DNA of 64,000 nt from Acutalibacteraceae bacterium (GCA_045614765.1 JAZLDN010000052.1:341-64340); one strand, 5' to 3'; shown: positions 9,531-19,065, counted from the first letter of the stretch. Program-made: numbers and translations. The notes: generated from the letters alone by a model not told the origin.

Positions 9531-10517
9531 ATGAAAAACAAGAAAAAAATTATACTTTCTATTGTTTCTGTAGTAGTTGTTCTTGGTATTATTGCAGGTG
9601 CTCTTGCTCTGTATTTTACAAGATATCACAAAGATAAAGCTGATACTGAAGAATTGTACAGAAAGAACGTTGATGCTGTTAAATATGAAAACACTATTGA
9701 AACAGCATACCCAACAACAGATGTTTATGGTGTTGTCAAAGACCATTTTGAATCAGAATTACCTGAAGGTAAAACAGTGAAAAAAGCTGTTATTATCGGT
9801 TACGATGGTTGCCGTGCAGATATCCTTGCAGAAAAGAAGGATGAGGGTGCAATAAACCATCTTCTTAAAAACGGTGCATCAATAAACCTTACTTATTGTG
9901 GTGGTGTGAATTATCCTGAAGTGAATACTCAGGATACATCAACTGCTCCAGGCTGGTGCTCAATGGTTACAGGTGAATGGGCAGATATTCACGGCATTAC
10001 AGGTAACGGCATAACAAAAGAGGTTGAGCCTAAAACACTTATGACGAGCCTTGTTGAGGATGGTATAATTGGTAGCTCTTCTTTCATAACAAAGTGGAAA
10101 GGTCATTTCTCCCGAGATGGTGCTACATACAATGCAGAAAAGGCTTACTGCGAAGAAAACAACATTGATGTTGAATTTGAACTTCGTAAGAACAAAAAAG
10201 ACATCCATACAGGTGCTATGGAAGAAATCAAAAGCGAAGATTGTGCAGATTTTGTGTTTATTATTTACGAAGATACAGATTCAGCAGGTCATGATTTCGG
10301 ATTCTCTTTCAATAATCCGGTTTATAAAGATGCTTTCAATACCGAGGATGCTTATGGTTACGAAGTAATCAAAGCTATTGAGGCAAGAGAAACTTATGAT
10401 ACTGAAGATTGGCTTATAATTGTTACCTCAGACCATGGTGGTGTTGGTACAGGTCATGGTGGGCCAACTATTCAGGAAAGAATGACATTTGTTGTAATGA
10501 ACAGAGAAGAGTTTTAA
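9531..10517 (+). CDS. membrane-anchored alkaline-phosphatase-superfamily nucleotide pyrophosphatase/phosphodiesterase (NPP)-like enzyme
   Basis: 'GYDGCRAD', 'TSTAPGWCSMVTGEW' (Thr nucleophile context), 'DTDSAGHDFG' and 'TSDHGG'. N-terminal TM helix. Confidence 0.7.
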   Translation: MKNKKKIILSIVSVVVVLGIIAGALALYFTRYHKDKADTEELYRKNVDAVKYENTIETAYPTTDVYGVVKDHFESELPEGKTVKKAVIIGYDGCRADILAEKKDEGAINHLLKNGASINLTYCGGVNYPEVNTQDTSTAPGWCSMVTGEWADIHGITGNGITKEVEPKTLMTSLVEDGIIGSSSFITKWKGHFSRDGATYNAEKAYCEENNIDVEFELRKNKKDIHTGAMEEIKSEDCADFVFIIYEDTDSAGHDFGFSFNNPVYKDAFNTEDAYGYEVIKAIEARETYDTEDWLIIVTSDHGGVGTGHGGPTIQERMTFVVMNREEF

Positions 10518-10534
10518 TGAACTGGAGTAACATT

Positions 10535-11530
10535 ATGAGTAACCAAGAATATAAATGGTACGTAGGCGTTCCTCATTGCCATACAACCGCATCAGATGGC
10601 GGATTAACGCTTGAAGAGCTTATTGCTAACGCAAAAAAGAATAAACTTGATTTTCTTATGATTACAGACCACAATGTTAATTGCAAGGATTTGCCTCAGG
10701 TTGATGGTATAACCCTGATTTATGGTGCAGAACTTACAAAACATGGCGGCCACTGTAATATGTGGGGCGTTAAGGATGTTATAGACCAGGAAGATTATGA
10801 AACCTGCGAAACATACGAAGACTTTTTGCGTGTTAAAGACAAGGCAAAAGAGCGTGGAGCGGTTATTTGTATGAACCACCCGCACTGTAAGCAATGCCCA
10901 TGGAGATGGGAAAAAAATGCTGCGGATGTGGATGTTCTGGAGGTGTGGAATGCACCTACCCATTTTGATAATCTGGAATGTACCGAATGGTGGCATGAAC
11001 AGATGAGAAATGGCTATAAGCTTCCTGTTGTAGGCGGTAGCGATTACCATAAAGATTATGTTATAACCAATCTTTTAACATGGCCTGTTACATATGTGTA
11101 TGCGAAATCAAATTCGCCTGAAGATATACTTGATGCAATTCTCAAGGGCCGTACAACTATCTGCTTTGATGTTGGTACTACTTTTATTGATATAGTAAGT
11201 GGCGATGCAGTTTTAGGTGATACGGTAAAACTCAGTGAAAATACTACAGTAACAATCAATGTAAAAAAACTCCACAGAAAGCATACCTTGAAGGTTTTTA
11301 ATTCAAGGGGTGAATGTTTTACACATACAGCGAAGAAAACAGGGGATTACTCCGTTACGCTTCCTGTTGAAAAAGATGGGTTCGTTTGCGCTCATGTTGT
11401 TTTTGAACCAGGTTTTGTATATAGTAAAATCCACGATATAGCTATAGCGTCAAGAATTCCTGAACAAAAGGGTATGGATTTACCGCCTTTGATTTTCGCG
11501 CAAAGTGGTGCTATATATTTTGAAAAATAG
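10535..11530 (+). CDS. PHP-domain (CehA/McbA-type) metallohydrolase
   Basis: 'GVPHCHTTASDG' and 'MITDHN' motifs. GGAG RBS 7 nt before the ATG at 10535. The track start at 10409 overlaps the upstream gene and is unlikely. Confidence 0.65.
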   Translation: MSNQEYKWYVGVPHCHTTASDGGLTLEELIANAKKNKLDFLMITDHNVNCKDLPQVDGITLIYGAELTKHGGHCNMWGVKDVIDQEDYETCETYEDFLRVKDKAKERGAVICMNHPHCKQCPWRWEKNAADVDVLEVWNAPTHFDNLECTEWWHEQMRNGYKLPVVGGSDYHKDYVITNLLTWPVTYVYAKSNSPEDILDAILKGRTTICFDVGTTFIDIVSGDAVLGDTVKLSENTTVTINVKKLHRKHTLKVFNSRGECFTHTAKKTGDYSVTLPVEKDGFVCAHVVFEPGFVYSKIHDIAIASRIPEQKGMDLPPLIFAQSGAIYFEK

Positions 11531-11536
11531 TATAAG

Positions 11537-11575
11537 AAAAAGGAGCAGACTTCCAACAGTCTGCTCCCTTTTTAT
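11537..11575. terminator. bidirectional rho-independent terminator between convergent genes
   Basis: Stem ggagcagac/gtctgctcc flanked by an A-run and a T-run. Confidence 0.8.
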
Positions 11576-11591
11576 TATTTTATGGTTTTAA

Positions 11592-12134
11592 TTATAATAA
11601 TTCTTCGTTGTAAACCGCTCTTTCGCCACCTATGAATTTAGGGCGTACCCTTGCTCCCAAAACTGTTGCTTCGCCAATTTTATTGTTCTGAAGTCGTACA
11701 GGAACTGCAACCTTTTTCAGGTGCATGCCAATCATAGTGAAGCCTATATCAATACCTGCATCTGCTTTTATTTCTTCAACTGCAACAGGGTTCTTAAAAG
11801 CTTTGTATGCCGCCGTTGCAAAAGAGCCGCCTGCTTTGGGTTGAGGAACCACATTGCAAATTTCAATACCTTTTACTGCATCTTTTTCAACGATAATAGC
11901 TCTGTTGAGATGCTCGCAGCATTGTGCAGCGATGAATATGCCTTTTTCATCGGTGGCTTTTTTTATGCCGTCAAAAAGAGCGTTTGCAGTTTCAGGGCTT
12001 GAATCTGTGCCTATTTTGCTGCCTAAAACTTCGCTTGTTGAGCAACCTACAACTAAAATATCGCCTTCGGTAAGTCTTGCGGTGCTTATTATTTCAGAAG
12101 CGCATAAATACGCCTGATTAAAAATCTCGTTCAT
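11592..12134 (-). CDS. UPF0340/TIGR01440-family protein
   Basis: 'ILVVGCSTSEV' and 'AAQCCEHLNRA' are characteristic of the family. 180 aa. Confidence 0.7.
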   Translation of the reverse strand: MNEIFNQAYLCASEIISTARLTEGDILVVGCSTSEVLGSKIGTDSSPETANALFDGIKKATDEKGIFIAAQCCEHLNRAIIVEKDAVKGIEICNVVPQPKAGGSFATAAYKAFKNPVAVEEIKADAGIDIGFTMIGMHLKKVAVPVRLQNNKIGEATVLGARVRPKFIGGERAVYNEELL

Positions 12135-12293
12135 TTTAAATTCTCCAAAAACTTATTTAAAAATATTTTACACTGTTTTACGAAAAAGTAAAGATTTATT
12201 TTATAAAGAAAATATTAAAAAAATGTATATTTTTGCCAGATTGTTTGACAGAGAAGATGTTTTATAGTATTATTTAAGAGTATAAGTATAATT

Positions 12294-12992
12294 ATGTCAT
12301 ATCGAAAGGATAATAATTTTCGTATGGGTATCTTTGTTGATTTAGAAGGTCTTGACGGTAGTGGTAAAACTACCCAGACAGAGCTTATTTGCAAAAGACT
12401 TGCAGAAGATGGAATTGATTTTAAGCAGATTAAATTGCCTGACTATGAAAGCGATTCCAGTATTCTTGTCCGTAAATATTTAGCAGGTGATTTCGGTAAA
12501 AATGCAGGGGATGTAAACGCATATGCCGCTTCTGTGCTTTATGCTGCAGACCGTTTTGCATCATTTACTGAAAAATGGGGCGCTGATTATAAATCAGGTA
12601 AGCTTATTTTTGCAGACCGCTATACTCCTGCCAACGCTCTTTATCAGATGACAAAGCTTTCTAAAGCAGAGTGGGACCCTTATCTCGACTGGCTTTTTGA
12701 TTTTGAATATAACAAAATCGGAATTCCTGCTCCTGATAAAGTTATTTTCCTTGATATGCCTGTTGAGGTTTCTCAAAGACTTATGACCGCACGCTATAAC
12801 GGCGATGAATCTAAAAAAGATGTTCACGAGGCAAATGTTGATTTCCTCAATGCTTGCCGTGAAGCTGCTCTTTATGCTGCGGAAAAATACGGTTGGAGCG
12901 TTATAAAATGTGCTCAGGATGGAGAGCCTCTTTCGATAGAAGAAATAAATAATAAAGTGTATGCCCTTGTGCTTGAAACATTGAATAAATAA
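12294..12992 (+). CDS. tmk: thymidylate (dTMP) kinase-like P-loop kinase
   Basis: 'LEGLDGSGKTTQ' P-loop and 'DRY' motif. The start is uncertain (12294 or 12324). Confidence 0.7.
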   Translation: MSYRKDNNFRMGIFVDLEGLDGSGKTTQTELICKRLAEDGIDFKQIKLPDYESDSSILVRKYLAGDFGKNAGDVNAYAASVLYAADRFASFTEKWGADYKSGKLIFADRYTPANALYQMTKLSKAEWDPYLDWLFDFEYNKIGIPAPDKVIFLDMPVEVSQRLMTARYNGDESKKDVHEANVDFLNACREAALYAAEKYGWSVIKCAQDGEPLSIEEINNKVYALVLETLNK

Positions 12993-12994
12993 TT

Positions 12995-13879
12995 ATGCTT
13001 GATTTAAGACATCTGAAAATTGAAGATAAAGCTCTCATTGAGAAATATGTGCCTTCTTGTTGCCGTGTTATGTGCGATTTTACTTTCGGTAACCTGTACT
13101 CCTGGGGTGCGGCAGAGCATACAGAAATTGCAGAAAAAAACGACTTTTTGTTTTTGCGTTCAACCTTTAATGGCGTAACCTCATACGCTTTTCCTTGGGG
13201 AAGTGGCCACATAGAAGATGCGCTTCAGGAAATTTCAGATGATGCAGAGGAGCGCTCGGCCGACCTTAGTTTTTTCTGCGTTGCAGAAGAACAGCTTCCT
13301 TTCCTGAAAAGCTTCTTTAAAGATAAGCTTGTTGTAAAAGAACAAAGAGATTACTTTGATTATGTTTATTTTTCAGAAAAATTAGCAAACCTTTCAGGTA
13401 GAAAGCTTCATTCAAAGAAAAATCACGTTAATTCTTTTAACAGAAAGCATAGCTATACTTTTGAGAAAATCGGAGCAGATAATATAAAAGACTGCGTAGC
13501 CTTTTCCCATAAATGGTTTATGGATAATGAAAGCACTCAGCGCCTTGAAGCAGAGCGTCAGGTTATAGATTGCGCTTTCAAAAACTATGAAAAGTTAGAC
13601 TTTGTAGGCGCAGCTATGAAAATTGAAGGAAGGGTAGTAGCTTTTTGTATGGGTGAGCCAATGGTTGATGGTAAAACCTTTTGTACTCATTTTGAAAAAG
13701 CAGATAAAGATTTCCCAACAGCATATGCCGTTATAAATAAACTTTTTGCTCAGATGCTTCAAAAAGATTATGAATATATAAATCGTGAAGATGATGCAGG
13801 TGTTGAGGGCTTGCGTAAAGCAAAAACTTCATATCAACCTGAATTTCTTGTTAAAAAATATTATGCAAAAGTCATATAG
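12995..13879 (+). CDS. DUF2156 (MprF C-terminal-like) domain protein
   Basis: Family-typical N-terminus 'FTFGNLYSWG'. About 294 aa, which fits a standalone DUF2156 protein. Confidence 0.55.
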   Translation: MLDLRHLKIEDKALIEKYVPSCCRVMCDFTFGNLYSWGAAEHTEIAEKNDFLFLRSTFNGVTSYAFPWGSGHIEDALQEISDDAEERSADLSFFCVAEEQLPFLKSFFKDKLVVKEQRDYFDYVYFSEKLANLSGRKLHSKKNHVNSFNRKHSYTFEKIGADNIKDCVAFSHKWFMDNESTQRLEAERQVIDCAFKNYEKLDFVGAAMKIEGRVVAFCMGEPMVDGKTFCTHFEKADKDFPTAYAVINKLFAQMLQKDYEYINREDDAGVEGLRKAKTSYQPEFLVKKYYAKVI

Positions 13880-14681
13880 TATAGGGTATCCTGAAGAGAG
13901 ACATTTTCCTGCGTTGAAAAAATTATGGGAAGATGTTTTCGGGGATTCCGAGAAAGTTATAAACAACTTTTTTGATGAAACTTCAAAAAAAGAAAATATT
14001 TTCTGTGCTTTTTATGGTGATGAGCCTGTAAGCGTTATGTATGTTGTAGAGTCAAACATACTTTCAGAAAAAGCAGAGTGTAAAGCATATTATGTGTATG
14101 CCGTGTGTACAAAGGAAGAGCACAGAGGCAATTCTCTTATGAAAAAGGTTTTCTCTTTTTTGGAAAGTGAAGCGCGTAAACGATTAGTTTCGTATCTTTT
14201 TCTTGTCCCTGCAGAAGAAAGTTTATTTTCACTTTATGAAAGCATTGGCTTCAGTGTAGGTTTTACTAACAAAGAAACTCTTGTGAAAAAGCCCGATAGC
14301 TTGATAAATAGTTTTTCAAGCCGAAACCTTTCTTATGAGGAATATAAGGGACTGAGAGAAAAATATATTAATGTGCCGCAGGCTATTTTAAATGAAAGTG
14401 GATTCAATAGCTTCTATGTGCCTGTTGGCTCTGATATGAATTGCATATCTCTTAATGAGGGGTATGTTTTGTATGAAAAAGAAAATGAAAAAGTAATCGT
14501 ACATGAGCTTTGTGGAGAAAAGGAAGCTCTTTTAGATGCTGTGTTTTCTGCCACTGAAGCAGACGAGATACTTTTAAGAGAACAAACTGCTACATGTGGT
14601 AAGCCATATGGTATGATTAAAAGTCTTGATGGTTCACCGCTTTTTGAAAATGGCTTTTTTGGCATTTCCTATGGAGGATAA
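13863..14681 (+). CDS. GNAT-family N-acetyltransferase
   Basis: 'VYAVCTKEEHRGNSLMKKV' acetyl-CoA-binding-like motif. The ATG at 13863 overlaps the upstream stop by 17 nt. Confidence 0.6.
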   Translation: MQKSYSIGYPEERHFPALKKLWEDVFGDSEKVINNFFDETSKKENIFCAFYGDEPVSVMYVVESNILSEKAECKAYYVYAVCTKEEHRGNSLMKKVFSFLESEARKRLVSYLFLVPAEESLFSLYESIGFSVGFTNKETLVKKPDSLINSFSSRNLSYEEYKGLREKYINVPQAILNESGFNSFYVPVGSDMNCISLNEGYVLYEKENEKVIVHELCGEKEALLDAVFSATEADEILLREQTATCGKPYGMIKSLDGSPLFENGFFGISYGG

Positions 14682-14684
14682 TTT

Positions 14685-15230
14685 ATGATATACGTATTTC
14701 TTGCAAACGGATTTGAAGAAATAGAGGCACTTGCACCGGTTGATTTTCTAAAGCGTGCAGGTGTTGAGGTTGTACTTGTGGGCGTTGGTGCAGATGTTGT
14801 TTGTGGTGCTCACGGTATAAAGGTTTCTTCAGATATAAGAATAGAAGATGCAGTTCTTGAGGATTCCCTTGAAGGAATCATTCTTCCTGGTGGAATGCCC
14901 GGTGCAGAAAACCTTAATAACAGTGAGCTTGTTCAAAAAGCGATTGATTACTGCAACGAAAATAACAAAATAATAGGCGCAATTTGTGCCGCACCATTCA
15001 TTCTTGGAAGAAAAGGTCTTTTAAAAGGCAAAAACGCAACTTGCTTTCCAGGCTTTGAGGATGAGCTTGTTGGAGCCAATCTTGTTGAATCAGGCGTTAT
15101 TATAGACGGCATGGTTGTTACCGCCAAGGGTGCGGGCGTTGCCTGGGAGTTTGGCGCAGCAATCTGCTCTATAATTAAAGGTGAAGAAAAGTCTCTCGAA
15201 ATACTCAGAGGTATTCAATGGAGAAAGTAA
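14685..15230 (+). CDS. DJ-1/PfpI family protein
   Basis: 'AICAAP' nucleophile-elbow Cys. 181 aa. GGAGGA RBS. Confidence 0.85.
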   Translation: MIYVFLANGFEEIEALAPVDFLKRAGVEVVLVGVGADVVCGAHGIKVSSDIRIEDAVLEDSLEGIILPGGMPGAENLNNSELVQKAIDYCNENNKIIGAICAAPFILGRKGLLKGKNATCFPGFEDELVGANLVESGVIIDGMVVTAKGAGVAWEFGAAICSIIKGEEKSLEILRGIQWRK

Positions 15231-15814
15231 TAGATATACGTCCCATAAAAAAGAAATTGCGCGCCGAAGCAAGAGAAATGAGGCGCTCAATGTGTCCTGA
15301 GGGTAAACAAACTCTTGACAGGAAAATAAAAAATAAGCTTCTAAATCTGTGGGCAGTAAGAGAAGCGCAAACTGTGCTTTGCTATGTTTCAACAGATATT
15401 GAAGTAGATACCCGTGAATTTATAAACGCTCTTTTGCAAATGGGAAAGCGTGTTGCGGTGCCCAGATGTGAGGGAGAGAAATCTGAAATGAACTTTTACT
15501 ATATTGAGTCTCTTTCAGAACTTTCGCCGGGTAGCTTTAGTGTAGATGAGCCTGACCCTCAAAAAAGTATTATGGTTGGTAAAACAGAAGGTTCTGTTTG
15601 CATCGTTCCGGCCTTTATGTTTGATAAAAAAGGTTACCGATTAGGATACGGAAAAGGCTACTATGACAGATATCTTTCGCGCTACAACGGTTCAGCTATA
15701 GGCATTTGCTATAGCGCTAATCTTCAGGAAGAATTGTTTCATGGTAAATACGATAGGGCTGTGGACCTTGTTGTTACAGATAAAGAGATTCTGACCATCG
15801 GAAAGGAGAATTAA
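15218..15814 (+). CDS. 5-formyltetrahydrofolate cyclo-ligase
   Basis: 'GYGKGYYDR' signature. 198 aa. Confidence 0.85.
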   Translation: MEKVIDIRPIKKKLRAEAREMRRSMCPEGKQTLDRKIKNKLLNLWAVREAQTVLCYVSTDIEVDTREFINALLQMGKRVAVPRCEGEKSEMNFYYIESLSELSPGSFSVDEPDPQKSIMVGKTEGSVCIVPAFMFDKKGYRLGYGKGYYDRYLSRYNGSAIGICYSANLQEELFHGKYDRAVDLVVTDKEILTIGKEN

Positions 15815-15815
15815 G

Positions 15816-17252
15816 ATGGCAAGAGATAATAACGGATATGATGACCTTCTCAGCATGTTTGAAAAAGAAGGTGCACCTGAAAAAAGAAAAACTCCAAAGC
15901 CGGCAGAAGAAAAGCCTAAAAAACCTTCTGCTCCACCAATAAAGGAGAGCACTATGGCTCAGCGCTTTAATAAGGAATATGAAGATATAAGCTCAAATTC
16001 TGTGCCTGAAAACAATGGCAAGAAAAGCGGAGTTTATTTCGCTAATCCACCAAGAAATATTAAGGATAGAGCTGCTCGCGAGCAAGGTGTTGCAATAAAC
16101 GGCGAAACGAAACGCAAAATAAATAAGCGTTCCGCGGCATTGAAGGAAAGCGCTCAGGTAAAAGAAAATAAGAAAAATGAAAAAATAAAAACAGCAGGAA
16201 TTATGCTGGCGATTATTATCGGTGTAAGCGCTATTCTTTGCCTTTATGGAATAGGTTGTATAAACGACGTTCTTGCGCTTCATGTTGAGGATAAATCTGT
16301 TGAGGTACGTGTAGAAAAAGGTATGACAGATAGTGAGGTTGTTGATATTCTCCATGATAACGACCTTATTCATAATAAGCTTTTCTGCAAGCTCTTTATT
16401 AAGTTCTTTGATAAAGACGGTGAATATATTTCAGGTATATACACTTTAACACCAAGCCTTGGTGTTGAAAAAATGATTTCCACTATGAAGACCGACTATA
16501 AAAATGCAGAAACTGTTACCCTTACATTCCCTGAGGGCTGGACAATTACTCAGATAGCCGAAAAATTAGAGGCTAATGAGGTTTGTACCGCATCAAGCTT
16601 TATTTCAACTCTTCAGACTGTGGATTTCTCCGAGGAATATGATTTCTTAAAGAATATTCCTGATGCGGACAAGCGTTACCATATGCTTGAAGGTTATATT
16701 TATCCTGATACCTACGAATTTTATGTAGGTGAAAATGCTTCAAGCGTTGTAAGAAGATTCCTCAACAACTTTAAAAACAGGTGGACAGAGGAGTACCAGA
16801 AACAGGCAGAAGAACGAGGTCTTACAATTGACGAAGTTATTATTATGGCTTCAGTTATTCAGGGTGAGGCTGCAAACAGTAGTCAGATGTCTACTATCTC
16901 AGGTATTCTTTACAATCGTCTTGACAGACCTGCAAACTTCCCATACCTTGAATGCGACTCAACATATGAGTACGTTGAAAAGACTATTAAGCCAACACTT
17001 ACTTCATCTGTTGAAGATACTCAGAAGGAAATTGAATACCGTTCTAATTATAGAACATACCGCGATCCAGGTAGGCAGGGTCTTCCTATAGGACCTATCT
17101 CAAACCCTGGTGGAGATGCGATTTATGCAGCTCTCTTCCCTAAGGAGACAAGCTACCTTTACTTCAGACATAATGTTGATACAGGCGATATCTATTACGC
17201 TAACACATTTGATGAACATCAGGCAAACGCTAAAAAAGCATCATCAGACTAA
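15816..17252 (+). CDS. mltG: endolytic murein transglycosylase MltG (YceG-like) with a long basic N-terminal tail
   Basis: Single TM helix followed by a YceG-type domain ('ASVIQGEA', 'YNTY'-like 'RSNYRTYRDPGLPIGPISNPG'). Confidence 0.8.
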   Translation: MARDNNGYDDLLSMFEKEGAPEKRKTPKPAEEKPKKPSAPPIKESTMAQRFNKEYEDISSNSVPENNGKKSGVYFANPPRNIKDRAAREQGVAINGETKRKINKRSAALKESAQVKENKKNEKIKTAGIMLAIIIGVSAILCLYGIGCINDVLALHVEDKSVEVRVEKGMTDSEVVDILHDNDLIHNKLFCKLFIKFFDKDGEYISGIYTLTPSLGVEKMISTMKTDYKNAETVTLTFPEGWTITQIAEKLEANEVCTASSFISTLQTVDFSEEYDFLKNIPDADKRYHMLEGYIYPDTYEFYVGENASSVVRRFLNNFKNRWTEEYQKQAEERGLTIDEVIIMASVIQGEAANSSQMSTISGILYNRLDRPANFPYLECDSTYEYVEKTIKPTLTSSVEDTQKEIEYRSNYRTYRDPGRQGLPIGPISNPGGDAIYAALFPKETSYLYFRHNVDTGDIYYANTFDEHQANAKKASSD

Positions 17253-17257
17253 AATGA

Positions 17258-17289
17258 AATCCTCATTGGCATTGCCAATGAGGATTTTT
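17258..17289. terminator. bidirectional terminator between mltG and hemW
   Basis: Near-perfect palindrome aaatcctcattggca/tgccaatgaggattt with flanking A/T runs. Confidence 0.75.
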
Positions 17290-18400
17290 AAATCAACTCT
17301 GAAATTATACTATTTGAAAGCAAGTAGCCTTTTCGCGTTAGTGAAAGCGTTTTGCCATCAAATTCTGCAAGTCCTTTTTCTGCAAGAAAATGGGCTTTTT
17401 TAATTATTTTCTGTCCGTATTTTTCTCCGTAAATATTGGTAAGTGAAGAAAGATTTAATCCTTCTTTCAATCTCAGTCGAAGCATTATGTATTCCTCTGC
17501 GGTGTGGCCATCGCAGTCGAAAATTGCTTTATTGCCATCAATAAAACTTTGAGTATCACTTTCAAAATAAAAACGTTTACCATTAACAAATGAGTGAGCA
17601 GCGGCACCAATGCCCAGATAGTCTTCAAGCGTCCAGTATTTTGTGTTGTGCTTGCTTTCATATCCTGGGATGGCGAAATTTGATATTTCGTAGTGGGAAA
17701 ATCCAATGCTTTCTAGGTAAGCAGAACATTGTTCATATAAATCGCAGGCCTCGTCGTCGGAAGGGAAAGAAAAGCGCTCTTTGTGAGTGTCAAAAAATGT
17801 ACCTTCTTCAATTTTAAGAATATATGCGCTAATGTGTTTTACGTTACATTCCTTAATAAAATCAAGCGTTTCTGAAAGACTTTCTTTTGTCTGATTCGGA
17901 ACACCTAACATAATATCAAGAGAAACATTTTCAATGTCGTTAGCCTTTAATAAATCAATAACTGCTTTTACTCTTTTTCTATCAGAAATTCTTCCTAAAA
18001 GCTTTCGTTCAGCGTCTACTGCAGATTGCATACCAAGAGAAATTCTGTTAACACCGCAGCTTTTAAATACAGGTATAAGTGATTCTATATCTGATGATGG
18101 GTTGCATTCAACTGTGATTTCACCATCTTCTGGAATATTGAATTTTTCTTTTGCGGTGAGTATGATTTTTTCTAATTGTTGGGGCATTAAAACCGATGGT
18201 GTACCACCACCAAGGTAAAGAGTGTCTGCGGTGAAATTTAAGCCAGGGAGCAGATGCTTTGTGCGGCGTAATGATGTTGTTTCGTCAATGATGGCGTCAA
18301 CATAGCTTTCCTGAACAGAGAAATTGCATCTATGAGAATGAAAATCGCAGTAAGGGCATTTTGATTTACAAAATGGTATATGAATATAAACTCCGCTCAG
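17288..18400 (-). CDS. hemW: radical SAM heme chaperone HemW (HemN-like); the start codon is apparently non-canonical (CTG at 18400)
   Basis: 'YIHIPFCKSKCPYCDF' is encoded at about 18340-18388, in frame with the track ORF that starts at the internal Met 18187. No ATG/GTG/TTG lies between the in-frame stop (18434-18436) and 18187. AAGGCGG SD lies 7 nt before the CTG. Confidence 0.8.
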   Translation of the reverse strand: MSGVYIHIPFCKSKCPYCDFHSHRCNFSVQESYVDAIIDETTSLRRTKHLLPGLNFTADTLYLGGGTPSVLMPQQLEKIILTAKEKFNIPEDGEITVECNPSSDIESLIPVFKSCGVNRISLGMQSAVDAERKLLGRISDRKRVKAVIDLLKANDIENVSLDIMLGVPNQTKESLSETLDFIKECNVKHISAYILKIEEGTFFDTHKERFSFPSDDEACDLYEQCSAYLESIGFSHYEISNFAIPGYESKHNTKYWTLEDYLGIGAAAHSFVNGKRFYFESDTQSFIDGNKAIFDCDGHTAEEYIMLRLRLKEGLNLSSLTNIYGEKYGQKIIKKAHFLAEKGLAEFDGKTLSLTRKGYLLSNSIISELI

Positions 18401-18438
18401 AAAATCACCGCCTTCAGAAATAGTATAGTGATATTATA

Positions 18439-18642
18439 CTATTCTCTGCTTGCGTTTTCAACACAGTTTTCAATTCGTTTTTTAATAAAAGGATTCAGGC
18501 AACCACCATTCATTAATTCGCATTTGTGGGCGTTAAGACAACGCATTTTTTTGCACCCGTTGTGAAAAGTAGTTTCTTCTAAAATAATGTTTCTGCCAAT
18601 AATATTGCAGTATTGCTCAAAAGTAAAACAATGCTTTTTCAT
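18439..18642 (-). CDS. 67-aa Cys-rich hypothetical protein
   Basis: GAGGTG RBS 5 nt before the ATG. 7 Cys in 67 aa. It ends 38 nt before the hemW start. Confidence 0.45.
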   Translation of the reverse strand: MKKHCFTFEQYCNIIGRNIILEETTFHNGCKKMRCLNAHKCELMNGGCLNPFIKKRIENCVENASRE

Positions 18643-18761
18643 AAAACACCTCGTTTTGTAGTTCTTATTTATTATATATTCAGTAATATAATTTTATTCT
18701 AAAACATAATTTTTAATAAAGTTAGAATAGTTTATAAATAAAAACTAAAGGATGTGTTTTT

Positions 18762-19007
18762 GTGGTTTATGGAATTGGTGCAGTTTTGCTTTTTATAATG
18801 CTTTGCGTGTTTAAGGGAAGTGGCAGCTTCTTTAAATCTGTATTCACTAGTATAATAGGTGGGATAGGGGCGCTATGCGCTGTGAACGCATTATCGTATT
18901 TTATTCCGCTTACTGTTGGTGTTAATTGGTACACATTAGGTTTTTCTTCAATATTTTCTGTTCCTGGTGTAATATTTTTACTCGTTAGTGAAGTGTTGTT
19001 AATATAA
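18762..19007 (+). CDS. bofA: pro-sigma-K processing inhibitor BofA-family protein
   Basis: 81 aa with two TM segments. 'GGIGALCAVNAL' and 'IPLTVGVNWYT...SVPGV' resemble BofA. GTG start. Confidence 0.65.
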   Translation: MVYGIGAVLLFIMLCVFKGSGSFFKSVFTSIIGGIGALCAVNALSYFIPLTVGVNWYTLGFSSIFSVPGVIFLLVSEVLLI

Positions 19008-19065
19008 CAGAATAGAATTCTATTATATCCGAGTCTCTTCATCAACTTGTTGAGAACAAAAAATA

